IMG/VR virus record: IMGVR_UViG_3300025000_000120
Span: 1 to 57,549 of that record
Reading direction: 5' to 3' (one strand)
DNA: 57,549 bases
From: a virus
Taxonomy: Duplodnaviria > Caudoviricetes
Part shown: piece after piece, positions 53,953-57,549 of the stretch
How the letters are laid out: every line of letters starts with the position of its first letter
Numbering within the stretch: the first letter of the stretch is position 1
The notes under the pieces: generated by a model
The model's input: the letters and a program-made list of their open reading frames with translations, nothing else
The model's database searches: none
Told to the model about the DNA's origin: nothing
Program-made: the position numbers and the translations under genes

Positions 53953-56900
53953 TAGTTACCGCCCCTTCCGATTACTACTTGTTTACGATAGAACTCAAGT
54001 TCCTCCATGAGGGCCTTAGTGTCTTGTGCTCGGTTATTGATGAAGTTTTCAATTTTTAACACTAATCCACTAACATTTGACTCAGGAGTACTATTCGTAA
54101 CCGTGGTATTACTTCCATTTTGATTAGCATTCATTCTGCGGTTAGCGTCTAGATTTGAAATACTCGCAGTCTTACTTGTAATGCTACCAACATTGATCGA
54201 TTGACTCTTGTTGAAAGCAGAACTAAGCCCTGAACTAACATCCGTCAAATCCAAGACAGGTCTAATGGTCGGCTGTATGTCCATGTCACTATTTATGATA
54301 TCTGCGATACCTGCTACAGCTCCTGTGAGGGCCGATACAGCCCGTTTACCCACGTTGACGGCCTCTACACTAGCTACGTCCGAATAAGCCTTTAAACCGC
54401 CAGCAAACCCTAGAGCTGAGTACATACCCACTTCTTCAAATGCTTTAGACGGCGATTTAATACCTAAAGCGCTTTTGGCAGAGTTCAATGCCTGTAAGGC
54501 AGTCCTTGCTACTTCTTGTGCTAGGGCCGCGGACTTACTGTTTATGCCGTTAATCATGCCTTGTATAATGTTTATACCGACGCCAGCCCAATCAGGCGCG
54601 GACATTACCGTTTGAATGCCGCTTGCAAGGGTCGTAAATTCGGTTTCAACATTGACTCGTAACTCAGTAACAGTCGTTGCAATGTCAGTGGACATAGCCT
54701 TGAATTCGGTTTGAGATGCAGTTCTTAATGTTCCGAGTTTGGTCGACCATTCCGAATTCAAGGCTGATAATTGTACATCCGCGTCAGCATTTAAAGCTAC
54801 CATTTGGTCGTTCCACATAGTCCTATAGCTAGTTAATTCTTTTGATGCTTCTTTCTTTAACGTGGATATTTGACTTACGGTGCTCGAACGCATATCTTTG
54901 AGTTCGGCCACGGCTTGGGTTTTTGCATCTTGGTGTTTGTTTTGCCATAAGGATACGTACGTAGTCAGTTCTGACGCACTTAGGGTGTTTAACGCTGCAA
55001 TTTGAGCTGAAGCAGAAGGACCCATCGCTTTGAGTTCGTCAATTAAGTCGGAACTAATTCCCTTTCTGGATAAATCGGTAAGACTTTGTCTCCACTCATT
55101 TAAATCAGCAGCTTGAGACTGCAAGTTTTTGATTAGAGACGCTCCACTAACTCGTTTTTTGGAAGCAACCTTGTCAAATAAACCGTACGTGCCGTATATT
55201 GTTTTACTGCGAGAGTCAAGAGCATCTTCGTACTCTTTGTTCACGCTTGCAATATCGGCTATTAACTTTTCGTTAGTAGATTGGGTTTTAGCATAATACT
55301 CATCTTCAAGACGCATACGTTCATCATTTATACTTGTCTCAAGATCCAGACTACGTTGCGAATATGATTCATTAAGGTCATTTATGTTTTGTTCAATTCG
55401 ATAAACTTCTTTGTCCGCTCGTATCCGTTCATCGGACCCATTGGCATGTTTTTTTTGAAGTCTTTGCCACGCATAAAGTTCGTCTTCTAAACCCAACTTG
55501 TTATAATACTTATACTCGTCAATCGTTTTGACGCCCACATCAAAATCATCTTTTCGGATTTGGTCCTTAATTCTATAAACTTCTTTGTCCGCTCGTATCC
55601 GTTCATCTGTACCGTCTAAATATTTTTTCTGGGCAGCTTCCCACGTCGCAAGTTCGTCAGCCACACTTAACTTTTTATAGTATTTTAGATCATCCATGTT
55701 TTTAACCATTGCGTTAAACTCAGCACTGACCATTTCTTTTCGCAGTCTATAGACTTCTCTGTCTGCTTTTTTCCGTTCCTCCGATCCTTCTGAATATGTT
55801 TTCTGAATCTTTTGCCAAGCAGCGAGCTCCTCTTGTAAGCTTAAAGTGTTGTAATACTTATGCTCATCGATCCATTCAATTGACTTATCGAAGTTGGATT
55901 GACCTTGGGCTTGTTTCGTTTTACCGATAGCTTGTTCTTTTTTAGCCATATCTTTTTGACTAGCATACACATCATTTTGACTTCGATAGGCTTCGTGTTC
56001 GGCTTTTATGCGTGCGTCCGTAGCGTTATCATATACTGCTTTAGACATAGCATCTCCAGCACCAACTGCTTCCGAGGTGCTGGCTTTTAGTCCGTTAGCC
56101 ATACCTACGCCAACCATTTGTCCTACTTCTTTGTCGAAATATTTAGACGGCGAACGAATACCTAAAGCGTTCTTAGCCGCTTGCAGTACAGTGGCACCCA
56201 TATTTGCAGCGAAAGAAGCAGCGTCAGAAATCTTATCTCTCATCCCTTTAATGAATCCGCCGATCAAATTTCCGCCAGCCTCTATGAATTTATCAATTGC
56301 TCCGCCAATAGCGCCAATAATAGCATCAACAAGATTACCTACAGCACTAGTTATTTCCGCGCCGTTAGTTCTGATTGCGTCGGCTAATCCGTTGATAAAA
56401 CTAATAATAACTTCGAAGGCTGCTTGAATCACCGCCGGGAGTTTATCAGCCACACCTTTTAAGAATTCTATGATTATTAGAGTTCCAACCACCAATATCT
56501 TACCGATATTGTCTAGAATGCCCTTAAGTAGACCCATAACCAACTTCATGCCCGCATCCACTATCATGGGTATAGACTTAACGAGAAAATCTAATACTGA
56601 TTTTAGAACGACCGATAGTCCCTCTAATAGTTTAGGTATTATTCGTATGAGCCCGTCTACAAGGGCTGAAACTACAATTACCAATGCGTCGACAAATGCT
56701 GGTGCTGTAGCCGCTAAGACTTCACATAGAGTCACAAGCGTCACGCGTAACTGGGAAAGAAGCATAGGTAGTAATCCAACGATACTTGTGATGAATAGTG
56801 CAATTGCTCCACCACTAGCAGTTAAAGCTACACTGAGAGCTGTCAACGCTACCGAAAATAAGGTTAATCCAGCCCCGACGGCCAGACACCCAATGCCTAA

Positions 56901-57548
56901 AAGTAGTACTGCTGCGCCAAGTGCTAGTAACACGGGAACTAACGGCGCTAAAATAAGAGCGGATAATCCTAGTACCGCAAATACGCCCACTAAAGCAATC
57001 AGACTTTTACCAATTTGAGCTAAGGACATTGCTCCTAATGTTTGCATGACTGTCGCTAAGACGGTAAGGGCCCCTGAAATAATTAACAATGCTGCAGCGC
57101 CTGCTAAGGACGTTGTCATTAAGGCCATTGTCGCCGCGATGATAATTAACGCACCACCCAATACAGTAAGACCTCTGGCGATCTCGTCCCACGTCATACC
57201 ACCCATAGTTTGTAATGCTCTTGATAGAATAACCAAGGCAGCCGCGATGGCTATAAGCCCAACGCCTGTGAATACCATTCCTTTAGGCATTAATCTAACG
57301 GCAATAGTTACTGCAGCCAATGCTCCCGCCATTGCAAGTAGACCTTTTTGGAGTTGTTCAACGGACATATTTCCAAGAACGCCAATGGCTTGGGCAAATA
57401 TAAGCATTGCTTGTCCCAGAATCAGTAACCCAAGGGCTGTAGCGATTACGTTCTTAGCGTTGCCTGTAAGCTTAGTAAATATAGCAAGTTCAAGAAGAAC
57501 TGTAACAACTGCACCTAAACCCTTGATTAATGTATTAACGTCTAATGC
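53952..57548 (-). CDS. Tape measure protein (5'-partial)
   Basis: Ala/Leu/Gly-rich repeats, GIxSPS motifs twice; frame open to the window edge. Confidence 0.9.
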   Translation of the reverse strand, partial: ALDVNTLIKGLGAVVTVLLELAIFTKLTGNAKNVIATALGLLILGQAMLIFAQAIGVLGNMSVEQLQKGLLAMAGALAAVTIAVRLMPKGMVFTGVGLIAIAAALVILSRALQTMGGMTWDEIARGLTVLGGALIIIAATMALMTTSLAGAAALLIISGALTVLATVMQTLGAMSLAQIGKSLIALVGVFAVLGLSALILAPLVPVLLALGAAVLLLGIGCLAVGAGLTLFSVALTALSVALTASGGAIALFITSIVGLLPMLLSQLRVTLVTLCEVLAATAPAFVDALVIVVSALVDGLIRIIPKLLEGLSVVLKSVLDFLVKSIPMIVDAGMKLVMGLLKGILDNIGKILVVGTLIIIEFLKGVADKLPAVIQAAFEVIISFINGLADAIRTNGAEITSAVGNLVDAIIGAIGGAIDKFIEAGGNLIGGFIKGMRDKISDAASFAANMGATVLQAAKNALGIRSPSKYFDKEVGQMVGVGMANGLKASTSEAVGAGDAMSKAVYDNATDARIKAEHEAYRSQNDVYASQKDMAKKEQAIGKTKQAQGQSNFDKSIEWIDEHKYYNTLSLQEELAAWQKIQKTYSEGSEERKKADREVYRLRKEMVSAEFNAMVKNMDDLKYYKKLSVADELATWEAAQKKYLDGTDERIRADKEVYRIKDQIRKDDFDVGVKTIDEYKYYNKLGLEDELYAWQRLQKKHANGSDERIRADKEVYRIEQNINDLNESYSQRSLDLETSINDERMRLEDEYYAKTQSTNEKLIADIASVNKEYEDALDSRSKTIYGTYGLFDKVASKKRVSGASLIKNLQSQAADLNEWRQSLTDLSRKGISSDLIDELKAMGPSASAQIAALNTLSASELTTYVSLWQNKHQDAKTQAVAELKDMRSSTVSQISTLKKEASKELTSYRTMWNDQMVALNADADVQLSALNSEWSTKLGTLRTASQTEFKAMSTDIATTVTELRVNVETEFTTLASGIQTVMSAPDWAGVGINIIQGMINGINSKSAALAQEVARTALQALNSAKSALGIKSPSKAFEEVGMYSALGFAGGLKAYSDVASVEAVNVGKRAVSALTGAVAGIADIINSDMDIQPTIRPVLDLTDVSSGLSSAFNKSQSINVGSITSKTASISNLDANRRMNANQNGSNTTVTNSTPESNVSGLVLKIENFINNRAQDTKALMEELEFYRKQVVIGRGGN

Positions 57549-57549
57549 T

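Noticed and set aside
159-57018. All plus-strand ORFs in the track
   Set aside because: They are antisense shadows of well-supported minus-strand genes, with no RBS or recognisable motifs

Overview
A 57.5-kb segment of a tailed dsDNA phage genome with essentially every gene on the minus strand. The host is probably a Bacillota/Clostridia-type bacterium, inferred from AGGAGG RBSs, an Amidase_3 endolysin, an r1t-type holin, a Dit/Tal/BppU tail and a GerMN lipoprotein. Read in the direction of transcription (right to left), the order is: partial tape measure, Dit, Tal, a papain-like tail protein, a BppU tail fibre, lysis genes, a long accessory region, DNA ligase, an iteron-rich candidate origin, a fused SF3 helicase-primase-PolB, SSB, SF2 helicase, VRR-NUC, a PD-(D/E)XK nuclease and a single-chain DFDGD RNA polymerase-like protein. 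This core resembles the Lactococcus phage 1706-like group. The standout feature is an array of about 26 repeated promoter-payload-terminator cassettes (minus-strand consensus CTCGCG-N14-TATAATGAAAG plus a TTAG-loop terminator) at 28.8-34.3 kb and 37.7-40.6 kb. About 16 payloads are small proteins, several taking their stop codon from the repeat. About 9 are non-coding structured RNAs. These include two tRNA-like RNAs with 6-nt anticodon loops and two circularly permuted tRNA-elbow mimics showing a compensatory G19-C56 to A19-U56 change. One cassette encodes a stand-alone paralog of the RNAP N-terminal tandem HTH. All assignments are by eye from sequence motifs; no searches were run.
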